A stretch of 43,914 nt of DNA from Candidatus Moranbacteria bacterium RIFCSPHIGHO2_02_FULL_40_12b (GCA_001784725.1 MFRX01000034.1:657-44570); one strand, 5' to 3'; numbered from the stretch's first letter, positions 15,007 to 24,378 are shown. Notes: a model not told the origin generated them from the sequence alone. A program made the numbers and translations.

Positions 15007-15710
15007 ACATTAGTTTTTTTAACAATTTTTTCTAAAACCTTCAGGAAAAAGGGGGTGATATATGAAAGATAAAGCCGCGTAATTAGCTATGTGGTATTAG
15101 AAATTTTCGGGACCTCCTCTGTACCGGCAGAGAGTTGGGCGAGACAAAAAAGCCGGAATTATTTCGAAGAAATACATTGGTTTAGAACTGGAGGATTCTT
15201 CTATGATTTACCTAATACGCGATCCTAGAAGAAGGATTGCAAAGGAGTAATTAAATAAGGTCGGATTTCGGAAACAGAGGATAAATCAAAGCGGAATAAA
15301 ATGTCCCAGTTGAATTGGCCATGTAAAAATCTCCTATAAGCACTTAGGTGCATAAAAAATAGAGATCATCGGTCCAATCAGGGGCGGCCCGTAGTGGTCC
15401 CGCGAAGCCGGACGACGGTACCGGCATATAAGTTTCCGTCAAAATTTTTCGATCTTTGACATAATCTCAAGCACTGCGGCGATTATGAGCCAGTACTCAT
15501 AATACCGGCTAATCACCGGGACATCCCCTCGTGCTTGAGAATTAATAACGCATCCGTTTGATGCGAAAATACGCGGACAAAAATGCCAAAATGATTTGCT
15601 ATTACAGCAAAAAGGCAGCGGCAACAATAGCCGCAAAGTCCGCAAAAAACCAAGGCACATGATGCGCGATCAATCTAATGAAGATTGGCGACAGCTCATG
15701 TGCCTTTTTA
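15007..15710 (+). ncRNA. Candidate large structured non-coding RNA, class unknown
   Basis: The region has no credible ORF and contains several helices. A 10-bp outer stem (15465-15474 / 15531-15540) encloses two hairpins (15482-15503, 15505-15519). There is a long-range 7-bp pairing (15108-15114 / 15396-15402). A terminal 11-bp stem (15652-15662 / 15696-15706) is followed by a T-run. Confidence 0.45.
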
Positions 15711-15777
15711 ATTTGCCGCAAAACATAAAAAATGGTACAATTACAATGCAAATTAATAAATTACGAATAATTTTTTC

Positions 15778-15825
15778 AAGGTTCAACCTTTCCCGTTGCT
15801 CTGCTCCTCCTCAAGGTTGAACCTT
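15778..15825. repeat. Palindromic element, copy C (aaggttcaacctt ... aaggttgaacctt)
   Basis: It has the same 13-nt termini as copies A and B, and its inner segment (tttcccgt...cctcctc) is related to copy B. Confidence 0.8.
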
Positions 15826-15858
15826 GCCGCAATATTTTTTTAACTTTTCACTTATTTT

Positions 15859-17430
15859 ATGTACGACATAATTATCAAAAACGGAACTATTATTGACGGC
15901 ACGGGAAAGCCAATGTTCCGGGCGGATGTCGGAATTAAGGAAGATGAAATAAAAGAAATCGGGGAACTGCATAACGAACACGCCCATAAAACAATTGACG
16001 CCTCGGGGCAATACGTGGCGCCTGGTTTTGTGGATGTCAACAACCATTCCGACACCTATTGGAGATTTTTCATCAGCCCCGATTTGCCAAGCTTGATTTA
16101 TCAGGGAATCACGACGATTGTGGGAGGAAATTGCGGCTCATCGCTGGCGCCCCTGGTAAACAAAGACATCATTCAGTCCGTTCAGAAATGGACTGACATA
16201 AGATACGTGAACCTTAACTGGCTCAGAATGGATGAGTTTCTGGAGGAAATGGAAAGGAGAAAAATTTCCGTCAATTTTGCCACTTTGGTCGGCCACAGCA
16301 CGCTCCGGCGGGGAGTTATGGGAGACGCGGTGAGAGGGCTGAACACCGAAGAAGTAAAGAAAGTAAAGCATATGCTTAATGACGCGATAAAGGACGGAGC
16401 GATAGGGTTTTCCACCGGGTTGGTTTATACTCACGCGAAGCTGGCTTCAGAAAAAGAAATTACTGAGCTGATTTCAGTCGTGAAGAAATTTGACGGCGTT
16501 TATGCGACCCATATTCGCGGAGAATCAAGTGAATTAATGAAGGCGGTTGAGGAAGCGATACGAGTCGCCCAAATATCCGGAGTGAAACTGCAAATAACCC
16601 ATCTTAAGGCGATGGGAAAAGAAAGCTGGCATTTAATGGATGAGGCGCTAAATTTAATTGAGACCGCCCGCGCCAGCGGAGTGGATGTTGATTTTGACGT
16701 ATATCCCTACGATTATACCGGTTCGGTTTTATATACGCTTCTTCCCGACTGGGTGGCTGAAGGAGGGAAAAAAGCGATGATTTCCCGGCTAAAAGACCCG
16801 TCAATCCGCTCAAAGGTTATCGCGGAGATGATAACTGACGGTTTTGATTATTCAAAGGTCTTCATTTCTATTTCGCCGCTTGATAAAAATCTCCGCAAGA
16901 AAAAGATCGTTGATATCGCAAAAAATCTGGGAAAAAGCGTGGAAGAAACAGTAATCGACACCCTTGTCGCCAGTGAAGGCAGAGTGATGACAATCCTCGA
17001 TGTTTTGAGCGAGAAAAATGTCGAGAAAGCCATAAAAAATCCTTTTTCAATAATTTCTTCCAATGGAGCGGGATATAACACCGATCATTACAAAACCGGA
17101 GAGCATATTCACGCGAGGAATTTTGGATCATTCCCGAGAGTTCTCGCGAAATATGTAAGAGACCGGAAAATTATTAGCTGGGAAGAAGCAGTACGCAAAA
17201 TGAGCGGCAAGCCGGCGGAAAAGTACGGAATTAAGAAAAGGGGACTGATCAAAAATGGCAACTTTGCCGATGTAATTGTTTTTAATCCGAATGAAATTCA
17301 AGACCTCGCGACCAAAGAAAATCCCTATCAGTATTCAAAAGGGATTAATTGGATGATGGTCAACGGAAAAGTTGTCTTGGAAAACGGCAAATATAACGGA
17401 ATAAGAGCGGGAGAAGTAATAAGAAGATAA
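15859..17430 (+). CDS. N-acyl-D-amino-acid deacylase (D-aminoacylase) family amidohydrolase
   Basis: IKNGTIIDGTG, PGFVDVNNHSD, GGNCGSS, and a C-terminal beta-sandwich (ADVIVFNP). Confidence 0.8.
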   Translation: MYDIIIKNGTIIDGTGKPMFRADVGIKEDEIKEIGELHNEHAHKTIDASGQYVAPGFVDVNNHSDTYWRFFISPDLPSLIYQGITTIVGGNCGSSLAPLVNKDIIQSVQKWTDIRYVNLNWLRMDEFLEEMERRKISVNFATLVGHSTLRRGVMGDAVRGLNTEEVKKVKHMLNDAIKDGAIGFSTGLVYTHAKLASEKEITELISVVKKFDGVYATHIRGESSELMKAVEEAIRVAQISGVKLQITHLKAMGKESWHLMDEALNLIETARASGVDVDFDVYPYDYTGSVLYTLLPDWVAEGGKKAMISRLKDPSIRSKVIAEMITDGFDYSKVFISISPLDKNLRKKKIVDIAKNLGKSVEETVIDTLVASEGRVMTILDVLSEKNVEKAIKNPFSIISSNGAGYNTDHYKTGEHIHARNFGSFPRVLAKYVRDRKIISWEEAVRKMSGKPAEKYGIKKRGLIKNGNFADVIVFNPNEIQDLATKENPYQYSKGINWMMVNGKVVLENGKYNGIRAGEVIRR

Positions 17431-17567
17431 ACCTTTACGAATTACGAATCCAGTACTAATATACGAATAATATTTTTCTTTTAAAAAAAGGACTAAGATG
17501 TTTTTTCTAGTTCTTCTAATTTAAAAAATTCGTAAATTTATAGTTGATTTGTAATTAGTAGGTGTTT

Positions 17568-18977
17568 ATGGATAAATCTTTCTTTGAGGGAAAACGGGTG
17601 ACTGTTTTCGGACTTGGGCTTCATGGGGGAGGAGTGGGAATTGTCAGGTTTCTCGCGAGTTGCGGCGCGAAAGTCATCGTAACGGACATCAAAACCAAAG
17701 AGCAATTGTCCGCTTCAATCGAAAAACTCAAGGATCTGAAAAACATAGAGTATATTCTTGGGCAGCACAGAACCGAGGACTTTACCAAGGTGGATATGAT
17801 TATAAAATCACCGCCAATTCCCTGGAATAATAAGCACATAAAACTTGCCCTGGAACACAAGATTCCGGTGGAAATGGATTCCAGCTTGTTTTTTAAAATG
17901 TGCGAAAATCCGATAATCGGAGTGACAGGCACAAAAGGGAAAACGACCACCGCGTCAATGATTTATGAAATACTGAAAGCGGCGGAAAAAAATCCTGTCA
18001 GAGTCGGAATTGGACAGGCGTCAGTGCTGGACAAACTGGATTTGTTGAAAAAAAATTCGGCAGTCGTCGCGGAACTTTCCAGCTGGCGTTTGTCGGCCTT
18101 GGGAAGGGCGCAAATAAGCCCAAAAATTGCCGTCTTTGTGAATTTTATTCCGGATCATCTGAACTATTACTCTTCAGTAGACAGTTATCTGAAGGATAAG
18201 AAGAACATTTTTCTTTATCAGAATCCAAATGACTGGCTGGTGATAAATGAAGATGACGAAGTTCTGAAAAAAGTGTCCGGCGAAGCAAAATCACAGGTGC
18301 TGAAGTTCTCGGCGAGGCCGGTGAGAAAAGGGATGTCGGTTTTTTTTGATAACGGAGCGATTTATCTTAATAACGGAATTGATTCAAAGAAAGTTATGGA
18401 TGCCAAGGAAATAAAAATTCGCGGCCGGCACAATGTCTATAATATTATGGCGGCAATCGGAGCCGCTTTTGCTTTTGGGGTTGATATTGAAAACATTAGA
18501 AAGGCGCTTGTTGAGTTCAGGGGAATAGCCCACCGCCTGGAATTTGTGCGGGAAAAAAATGGAGTGGTATATTATAACGACACGGCGGCGACTATTCCGG
18601 AATCGGTAATTTCCGCGATTGAGTCATTTACGGAACCGGTAATTCTTATTGCCGGAGGCAACGACAAAAATCTTGATTTTTCCGGGCTGGGAAAAACAAT
18701 TGCTGAAAAAATCAAAGGAATAGTTTTGCTCAAAGGCAACGCCACGGACAAATTAATTGACCAAATTCGCAGAAATCTTTCCGCAAATGACAAAGACAGG
18801 GAATTTAAAGTTGTCGATTCAATGGAAAAAGCGGTGGAAGAAGCGGCGAGAGTCGCGGAACCGGGAAATATCGTTCTTCTTTCTCCGGGCGCGGCCAGTT
18901 TCGGCCTATTTCTCAATGAATTCGACCGCGGGGACAAGTTTAAAGAAGCGGTGAGTAGACTTAAATTAAAACATTAA
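17568..18977 (+). CDS. murD: UDP-N-acetylmuramoyl-L-alanine--D-glutamate ligase
   Basis: GLGLHGGG Rossmann N-terminus, GVTGTKGKTTT P-loop, Mur ligase C-terminal LLSPGAASF..F.NF..RG..F. Confidence 0.9.
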   Translation: MDKSFFEGKRVTVFGLGLHGGGVGIVRFLASCGAKVIVTDIKTKEQLSASIEKLKDLKNIEYILGQHRTEDFTKVDMIIKSPPIPWNNKHIKLALEHKIPVEMDSSLFFKMCENPIIGVTGTKGKTTTASMIYEILKAAEKNPVRVGIGQASVLDKLDLLKKNSAVVAELSSWRLSALGRAQISPKIAVFVNFIPDHLNYYSSVDSYLKDKKNIFLYQNPNDWLVINEDDEVLKKVSGEAKSQVLKFSARPVRKGMSVFFDNGAIYLNNGIDSKKVMDAKEIKIRGRHNVYNIMAAIGAAFAFGVDIENIRKALVEFRGIAHRLEFVREKNGVVYYNDTAATIPESVISAIESFTEPVILIAGGNDKNLDFSGLGKTIAEKIKGIVLLKGNATDKLIDQIRRNLSANDKDREFKVVDSMEKAVEEAARVAEPGNIVLLSPGAASFGLFLNEFDRGDKFKEAVSRLKLKH

Positions 18978-19041
18978 AACATTAAAACATAAAAACAATA
19001 AAACAAATTCTGTTCTTGTGTTTTAATGTTCATTTGCTTTT

Positions 19042-19956
19042 ATGGCATACGATTTAGCCATAGTGGGCGCCGGACCGGCCGGGCTTTCCGCTTCGGTTTA
19101 CGCTTCGCGTTATGGAATAAAAAATATAATTATCGGAGAAATGCCTGGCGGACTGACCACTAAAACCCACGAAATTGGAAACTGGCTGGGAACAGAAAAA
19201 ATAACCGGTTTTGAGTTTGCCCAAAAAGCAGCCAATCACGCCAAAAGTTACAGCGCGGAAATTATTTCAGCCACCGTTGACCAGTTAGAGGAAAAAAATG
19301 GCAATTTTATTTTATTCGCGAGTGACGGGAAAAAAATAGAGGCAAAAACGATTCTTTTGGCAATGGGGACCAGACACCGAAAACTTGGGATTCCGGGCGA
19401 GAAAGAATTTCTGGGCAAAGGCGTTTCTTATTGCGCCACCTGTGATGGATTTTTTTTCCGGGGGAAAATTGTGGCGGTAGCCGGCGGAAACGACAGCGCG
19501 GCGGAAGCGGCGGTTTTTTTGGCAGGCATTGCGGAAAAAGTTTACATAATCTACCGAGGTGAAAAACTGCGCGCCGAAAAATTCTGGACTGAAGCGATTA
19601 AAAATAATTCCAAAATAGAAGTGATTTGTAATACCAGTATCAAGGAGATTGAAGGAGATCAGAGGGTGGAAGGAATTATTTTAGACAATCCGCGTCAAAA
19701 TTCCGAAACCTTAAAAGTTGACGGAATTTTTATTGAAATCGGGCTTGATCCCAACACGGAATTGGTAAGAAATTTGGAAGTTGATTTAGACGAGGAGGGG
19801 TATATAAAAATTTCTCCTGACGGAAAGACTTCGACGCGGGGCGTCTGGGCGGCCGGAGACATTACCGACGGTTCCAATAAATTCAAGCAAATTGTGACGG
19901 CCGCGTCCGAAGGGGCGATTGCCGCACGCGGCATCCAGCAGTATTTGAAGAAATAA
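19042..19956 (+). CDS. trxB: Thioredoxin-disulfide reductase
   Basis: GAGPAG, redox-active CATCDG, GGNDSAAEAA, AAGD. Confidence 0.9.
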   Translation: MAYDLAIVGAGPAGLSASVYASRYGIKNIIIGEMPGGLTTKTHEIGNWLGTEKITGFEFAQKAANHAKSYSAEIISATVDQLEEKNGNFILFASDGKKIEAKTILLAMGTRHRKLGIPGEKEFLGKGVSYCATCDGFFFRGKIVAVAGGNDSAAEAAVFLAGIAEKVYIIYRGEKLRAEKFWTEAIKNNSKIEVICNTSIKEIEGDQRVEGIILDNPRQNSETLKVDGIFIEIGLDPNTELVRNLEVDLDEEGYIKISPDGKTSTRGVWAAGDITDGSNKFKQIVTAASEGAIAARGIQQYLKK

Positions 19957-20050
19957 TTTATTCGCTTGTTGACAATTTTTCACGGTCGGATAAAATTGTT
20001 AACAAGTATTTTTTGTTTTTTATAAAATATGTAAGATTATAAACCAAAAA

Positions 20051-20078
20051 TGGACAAATCATTTTTTTTATGTATAAT
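20051..20078 (+). promoter_or_regulatory. Promoter of tRNA-Ala/tRNA-Ile pair
   Basis: TGGACA (20051-20056), 16-nt spacer, TATAAT (20073-20078), about 29 nt upstream of the tRNA. Confidence 0.55.
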
Positions 20079-20106
20079 GAGACCTAACACTTTTTTATTT
20101 TAAAAA

Positions 20107-20179
20107 GGGCCGGTAGCTCACCTGGTAGAGCGCCTCATTTGCACTGAGGAGGTAGCGGGTTCAAGTCCTGTCCGGTCCA
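20107..20179 (+). tRNA. tRNA-Ala(UGC)
   Basis: Manual cloverleaf fold with the G3:U70 identity pair and anticodon loop TTTGCAC. 73 nt, no encoded CCA. Confidence 0.9.
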
Positions 20180-20182
20180 CAT

Positions 20183-20256
20183 GGGCGTATAGCTCAGTTG
20201 GTTAGAGCGCGTCACTGATAATGACGAGGTCCCAAGTTCGAATCTTGGTACGCCCA
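20183..20256 (+). tRNA. tRNA-Ile(GAU)
   Basis: Manual cloverleaf fold with anticodon loop CTGATAA and T-loop TTCGAAT. 74 nt. Confidence 0.9.
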
Positions 20257-20338
20257 CAATTTGACAAGAATAAAGTTATTCAATAAAGTGAAGTCAATAT
20301 AGTACTTTGCATTTTAAAAATAAAAAAGGAGGTATTAA

Positions 20339-20698
20339 ATGAACGCGGCTACGCTTAGTGAACGGATGAAAAAAGGAGGAGAATTAATATCACAATTATA
20401 TACAAAATGTCCAAAATGCCGTGAGATTAACTATGTTACAGAAGTAGCGAAATTAAACAAATGCCCAGGAGAAAAATGCGGATATGTGTATTCCTATCCA
20501 TTTTCGAAAACACAAAAGCTTAAAGAACTTCTTTGCAGAAAAGGAACCACCTGGGAAGATATTGGAGAATTTGTTTTGAAAACGCTGAACTCCATGAAAA
20601 AAAAGAAACAAAAAGTAGCGTTCTTATGCAAATTTCATAGTCTGATCTTGGAAGATTCTGAATGGAAACAAATGCAAAGGAAAGAAAAAGTATCATAA
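20339..20698 (+). CDS. Hypothetical protein with zinc-ribbon (CPKC ... CPGEKC)
   Basis: Strong SD (aaaggaggt). A terminator hairpin follows at about 20708-20735. Confidence 0.6.
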   Translation: MNAATLSERMKKGGELISQLYTKCPKCREINYVTEVAKLNKCPGEKCGYVYSYPFSKTQKLKELLCRKGTTWEDIGEFVLKTLNSMKKKKQKVAFLCKFHSLILEDSEWKQMQRKEKVS

Positions 20699-20923
20699 TA
20701 AAAAAGCAGGCGTCTGGTTATCATCAGGCGCCTCTTATTATTTGATTTATTATAATTTGACATAAAAAAACACTTGTAGTAATATAAAAGCAAGAAAAGC
20801 CCCGAGGGCTTTTTAAAAAAGGGCAGGTACGAATTTAGATTCGAATTACATCCGAATTATATTCAAATCCAGCAAAAAATAATTTGCATATAATTCGTGT
20901 ATAATTTGGATTATAATTCGCAT

Positions 20924-21112
20924 ATGACAAATAAACTAATCACATTCATCAAAGAATCCAAAGCGGAACTCATGAAAGTGAACTGGCTGACCAAAAAGCA
21001 AACTATAAATTACACATTATTAGTTGTCGGCATCAGCTTGGCAGTCGCTCTTTTTTTGGGCGGATTGGATGTATTTTTTGGAAAGTTATTGGATAAGTTT
21101 ATTCTGAAGTAG
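20924..21112 (+). CDS. secE: Preprotein translocase subunit SecE
   Basis: About 62 aa with a single C-terminal TM. The KAELMKVNW motif matches the E..KV.WP signature. It sits upstream of nusG. Confidence 0.85.
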   Translation: MTNKLITFIKESKAELMKVNWLTKKQTINYTLLVVGISLAVALFLGGLDVFFGKLLDKFILK

Positions 21113-21284
21113 GTTTTTTAAATATTAAGATGGCGGTCCCGCACAAAATTCCAATACTGGTTCAGGCAAAATTCAATTTCGCGCGTGGACGCCTTCGGCT
21201 GAATTTTTTCTAAAATTAAAATTTTGCGAGCGAATTTTTGCGGGATGCTCATTTTCGTTCCCGCTCGCTTCGCTCCGGACGAAA

Positions 21285-21830
21285 ATGGCAAAGCAAACGC
21301 AACATCACGGCCGGGCTTGGTATGTAATCCACACCTATTCCGGTTACGAGGATAATGTGGCGAGAAATCTCAAGCAGAGAATTGAATCAATGGATATGCA
21401 GAATCTTATCTTTGAGGTAATTGTCCCCAAAGAAAAAAAGATAAAAATAAAAGGAGGAAAGAGAACAGTAATTGAAGAAAGAATTTATCCGGGTTATGTG
21501 CTAGTGGATATGATCGTCACAGACGCCTCCTGGTATGTTGTCCGCAACACGCCTAATGTCACCGGTTTTATCGGATTGGGGACCACGCCCACGCCGGTCG
21601 ATCCCAGGGAAATTGAATCAATCAAGAAAAGAATGGGAGTTCAGGAGCCGACTTATAAAATTGACGTCAAAGCAGGCGATGTGGTGAAAATAAATGACGG
21701 TCCGTTTAAGGATTTTGAAGGAAAGGTCCAGGAGACCGACGAAGATCGCGGAAAAGTAAAGGTGTTTGTTTCAATATTTGGAAGGGAAACTCCGGTTGAG
21801 CTGGATTTTCTGCAGGTAAAGAAGATATAG
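21285..21830 (+). CDS. nusG: Transcription termination/antitermination factor NusG
   Basis: WYVIHTYSGYE NGN domain and a C-terminal KOW (GDVVKINDGPFKDFEGKV). Confidence 0.95.
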   Translation: MAKQTQHHGRAWYVIHTYSGYEDNVARNLKQRIESMDMQNLIFEVIVPKEKKIKIKGGKRTVIEERIYPGYVLVDMIVTDASWYVVRNTPNVTGFIGLGTTPTPVDPREIESIKKRMGVQEPTYKIDVKAGDVVKINDGPFKDFEGKVQETDEDRGKVKVFVSIFGRETPVELDFLQVKKI

Positions 21831-21928
21831 ATACGAATTAAAACACGAATTACATCCGAATTAAAATCCGAATATGAATTTAAAACATTCGGATAAAATT
21901 CGGGAATAATTCGGATAAAAATTAGGAT

Positions 21929-22351
21929 ATGGCGAAGAAAATCAAAACTATTGTCAAACTGCAAATACTGGCCGGAAAAGCCAATCCAGCGCCTCCAATA
22001 GGGCCGGCGCTGGGACAGCACGGGCTCAATATCCAGGACTTTTGCGCTCGGTTTAATGCGGCAACGAAAGATAAGGGCGGCGATATAATTCCGGCGGAAA
22101 TTACGATTTTTGAAGATCGGACTTTTACGTTTGTTTTGAAGACCCCTCCGGCGTCAGACCTTCTCCGCAAAGCGGCGGGCATTGAAAAGGGCTCGGGAAA
22201 TCCCCTGAAAGAAAAAGTTGGAAAGGTCTCAAAGGAACAGATCAGAAAAATAGCGGAAACCAAAATTCCTGACCTTAATGCCAATGATGTGGAAGGAGCC
22301 ATGAAGATTATTGAGGGAACAGCGAGAAGCATGGGAATAAAAATTGAGTAA
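21929..22351 (+). CDS. rplK: 50S ribosomal protein L11
   Basis: [23 protein letters not shown]. Confidence 0.95.
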   Translation: MAKKIKTIVKLQILAGKANPAPPIGPALGQHGLNIQDFCARFNAATKDKGGDIIPAEITIFEDRTFTFVLKTPPASDLLRKAAGIEKGSGNPLKEKVGKVSKEQIRKIAETKIPDLNANDVEGAMKIIEGTARSMGIKIE

Positions 22352-22445
22352 TTCTTTACTAATTACGAATTTTGTACGAATATACCAATGCTATTTTGAA
22401 AGATTAGTATATTAGTAATTGATTAGTAATTAGTAAAATTTTGTT

Positions 22446-23120
22446 ATGAAGCAAGGGAAAAAATATCGAGCGGCATCGGAGAAAATAGATAAGAGCAGAG
22501 CATACTCTATTGAAGAAGCCGTGAAATTAATCAAAGAGAGCAAGATCGCCAAATTTGACGAGTCAGTGGAAGCGCATGTGAAACTTCTTATTGACACGAA
22601 AAAGGGGGAAGAGCAGGTGAGAGGAACCGCGGTCTTCCCGCACGGCACGGGAAAAACCAAAAAAGTGGCGGTCATCACTTCAACGAAAGCAAAAGAAGCA
22701 AAAGAAGCCGGAGCGGATTTAATAAAAAGCGAGGACTTGATTGAGGAAATAAAAAAAGGAAAAATAAATTTTGATATACTGGTGGCGACGCCGGAAATGA
22801 TGCCGAAACTGGCGCCGGTGGCGAAAATCTTGGGACCGAAAGGCCTGATGCCCAGTCCTAAGACGGAAACAGTTACCGATAAAATTAAGGAAACGGTGGA
22901 GGCGCTGAAAAAAGGAAAGATAAGCTTCAAAAATGACGATACGGGAAATATCCATCAGGTTTTCGGAAAGATTTCTTTTGAGGAAAATAAATTGAAAGAA
23001 AATTTGGAGGTCTTCATTGACGCAGTGAGAAAAGCCAAACCCGCCGCGGTCAAAGGAAAATTTATTGCTTCAATATCCATTTGTTCCACGATGGGACCGG
23101 GGATTAAGGTTAGTTTGTAG
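22446..23120 (+). CDS. rplA: 50S ribosomal protein L1
   Basis: GKKY...FDESVE...VFPHGTGK...[16 protein letters not shown]. Confidence 0.95.
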   Translation: MKQGKKYRAASEKIDKSRAYSIEEAVKLIKESKIAKFDESVEAHVKLLIDTKKGEEQVRGTAVFPHGTGKTKKVAVITSTKAKEAKEAGADLIKSEDLIEEIKKGKINFDILVATPEMMPKLAPVAKILGPKGLMPSPKTETVTDKIKETVEALKKGKISFKNDDTGNIHQVFGKISFEENKLKENLEVFIDAVRKAKPAAVKGKFIASISICSTMGPGIKVSL

Positions 23121-23363
23121 CTGTTAGCTTATTAGCTTTTTAGATTCGTATCCCATTGTTTTTTAAAGGTTTTCATAAAAGGCGCTTTCAGGCGTCTTTT
23201 TTTTATGTTTTATAACCATTAGTCATTTTCCGCACATGCGGTAAATGACTAATATTTGTCAGGCAGTATTGGTGAGTGTGTAGCCGCGAGAGTTTGACAG
23301 TTATATAAATTTGTTGGTAGGATTTAGCTAGTTCTTAAAATAAAAGGGATAAGGGGGGATGAA

Positions 23364-23855
23364 ATGAGAGATATAGAAATTAAGATAATAAAGAAATTAA
23401 AAGGTCTGCGGCATGTTTGTAATAAAATAAGGCAAACAAGAACGATTATTCTTACTACTGGCGCTTACGACATAATGCATAAGGGACATATTCTTTATTT
23501 AAACAACGCTAAGGAATTAGGAGATATTCTCATAGTGGGAATTAATGACGATTGTTTTACAAGAAAGATAAAAGGTCCCGGGAGGCCGTATAATAATCAA
23601 GAATCACGCGCCTTAGTTGTTGCCTCAATTGTCTTTGTTGATTTTGTTTACATATTCGGCATAAGTGAAGATGTAGAGTTAATCCATGCTGTCAGACCGC
23701 ACATTTTTGTAATGTCCAGTTCTTCCCATAGAAAACCAGAGTCAAGACAACATCAGATTAATGCAGTAATAAAACACGGAGGAAAAATAAAAGTTTTTAA
23801 GCCGTTTTACAGGGTTCATTCCTCGGATATAATTAAAAAAATGAAAAAGAGTTGA
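23364..23855 (+). CDS. Cytidylyltransferase-like nucleotidyltransferase (RfaE-II/TagD-like)
   Basis: TTGAYDIMHKGH (the HxGH motif) followed by VGINDD. Confidence 0.7.
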   Translation: MRDIEIKIIKKLKGLRHVCNKIRQTRTIILTTGAYDIMHKGHILYLNNAKELGDILIVGINDDCFTRKIKGPGRPYNNQESRALVVASIVFVDFVYIFGISEDVELIHAVRPHIFVMSSSSHRKPESRQHQINAVIKHGGKIKVFKPFYRVHSSDIIKKMKKS

Positions 23856-23915
23856 TGTTTTTCAAGGTCATTGGTATAATTACTTTACTAATGACCTTAG
23901 TTTTTATAAAGAAAA

Positions 23916-24377
23916 ATGAACATACTTTATCCAAAACGCGCTGAATATAGGAAAAAAATAACCAAAATAACTAAGTGTGAATTTTGCAACAGAAAAAATA
24001 TCAATCAACAAGAATGTAAAACATTGTCGGGAAAATCTTGGATGGTTTTAGTAAATAAGTATCCTTATATGGACGGAAATTTAATGATTGTCCCAAAACG
24101 CCATTTAAGAGATATAGAAGAATTAAATAAAGACGAAAGAAATGAGTTTTATCAAGTTTTTAAAAGCGCGAAAGTAAAACTTTCTAAAATTTTCAAAACA
24201 GAAGATTTTAATCTTGGTATAAATTTTGGCAAAAAAGCCGGATCATCAATTGAGCATATGCATTGGCAAATAATTCCGAGAAAGGAGAAAATTTTAAATT
24301 CCTCCAATATCTTTGCGGATTTATATGTCATAACAATATCTCCTGAAAAATTAAGGAAATTAATTGACAAAAAATAA
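23916..24377 (+). CDS. HIT-family nucleotide hydrolase/transferase
   Basis: N-terminal CEFC and a histidine-triad variant HMHWQIIP. Confidence 0.75.
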   Translation: MNILYPKRAEYRKKITKITKCEFCNRKNINQQECKTLSGKSWMVLVNKYPYMDGNLMIVPKRHLRDIEELNKDERNEFYQVFKSAKVKLSKIFKTEDFNLGINFGKKAGSSIEHMHWQIIPRKEKILNSSNIFADLYVITISPEKLRKLIDKK

Positions 24378-24378
24378 T

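Noticed and set aside
15007-15710. Assigning the ORF-free region to RNase P RNA, tmRNA, SRP RNA or a T-box leader
   Set aside because: Only partial resemblances were found. ggcccgtagtg resembles an RNase P segment, and accggcatat only loosely resembles CR-V. The near-invariant GAGGAAAGUCC and ACAGAA are absent. There are no tRNA-like ends for tmRNA and no GGAA-tetraloop domain IV for SRP. The T-box-like 11-mer lacks a Stem I/specifier context and a regulated gene. The region is left as unknown class.
15439-15820. ORFs 15439-15660 (-) and 15596-15820 (+)
   Set aside because: They have Cys/Arg/Leu-rich non-protein-like composition, lack SDs, overlap the structured RNA helices and the palindromic element, and resemble no protein family I recognise.
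21922-22930. Long antisense ORFs opposite rplK and rplA (21922-22332, 22430-22930), and similar ones opposite the EamA gene (4999-5523), S2 (36736-37260), MurD, GatB and the TPR gene
   Set aside because: Each is the mirror frame of a strongly supported conserved gene. The translations are low-complexity (S/F/P/L-rich).
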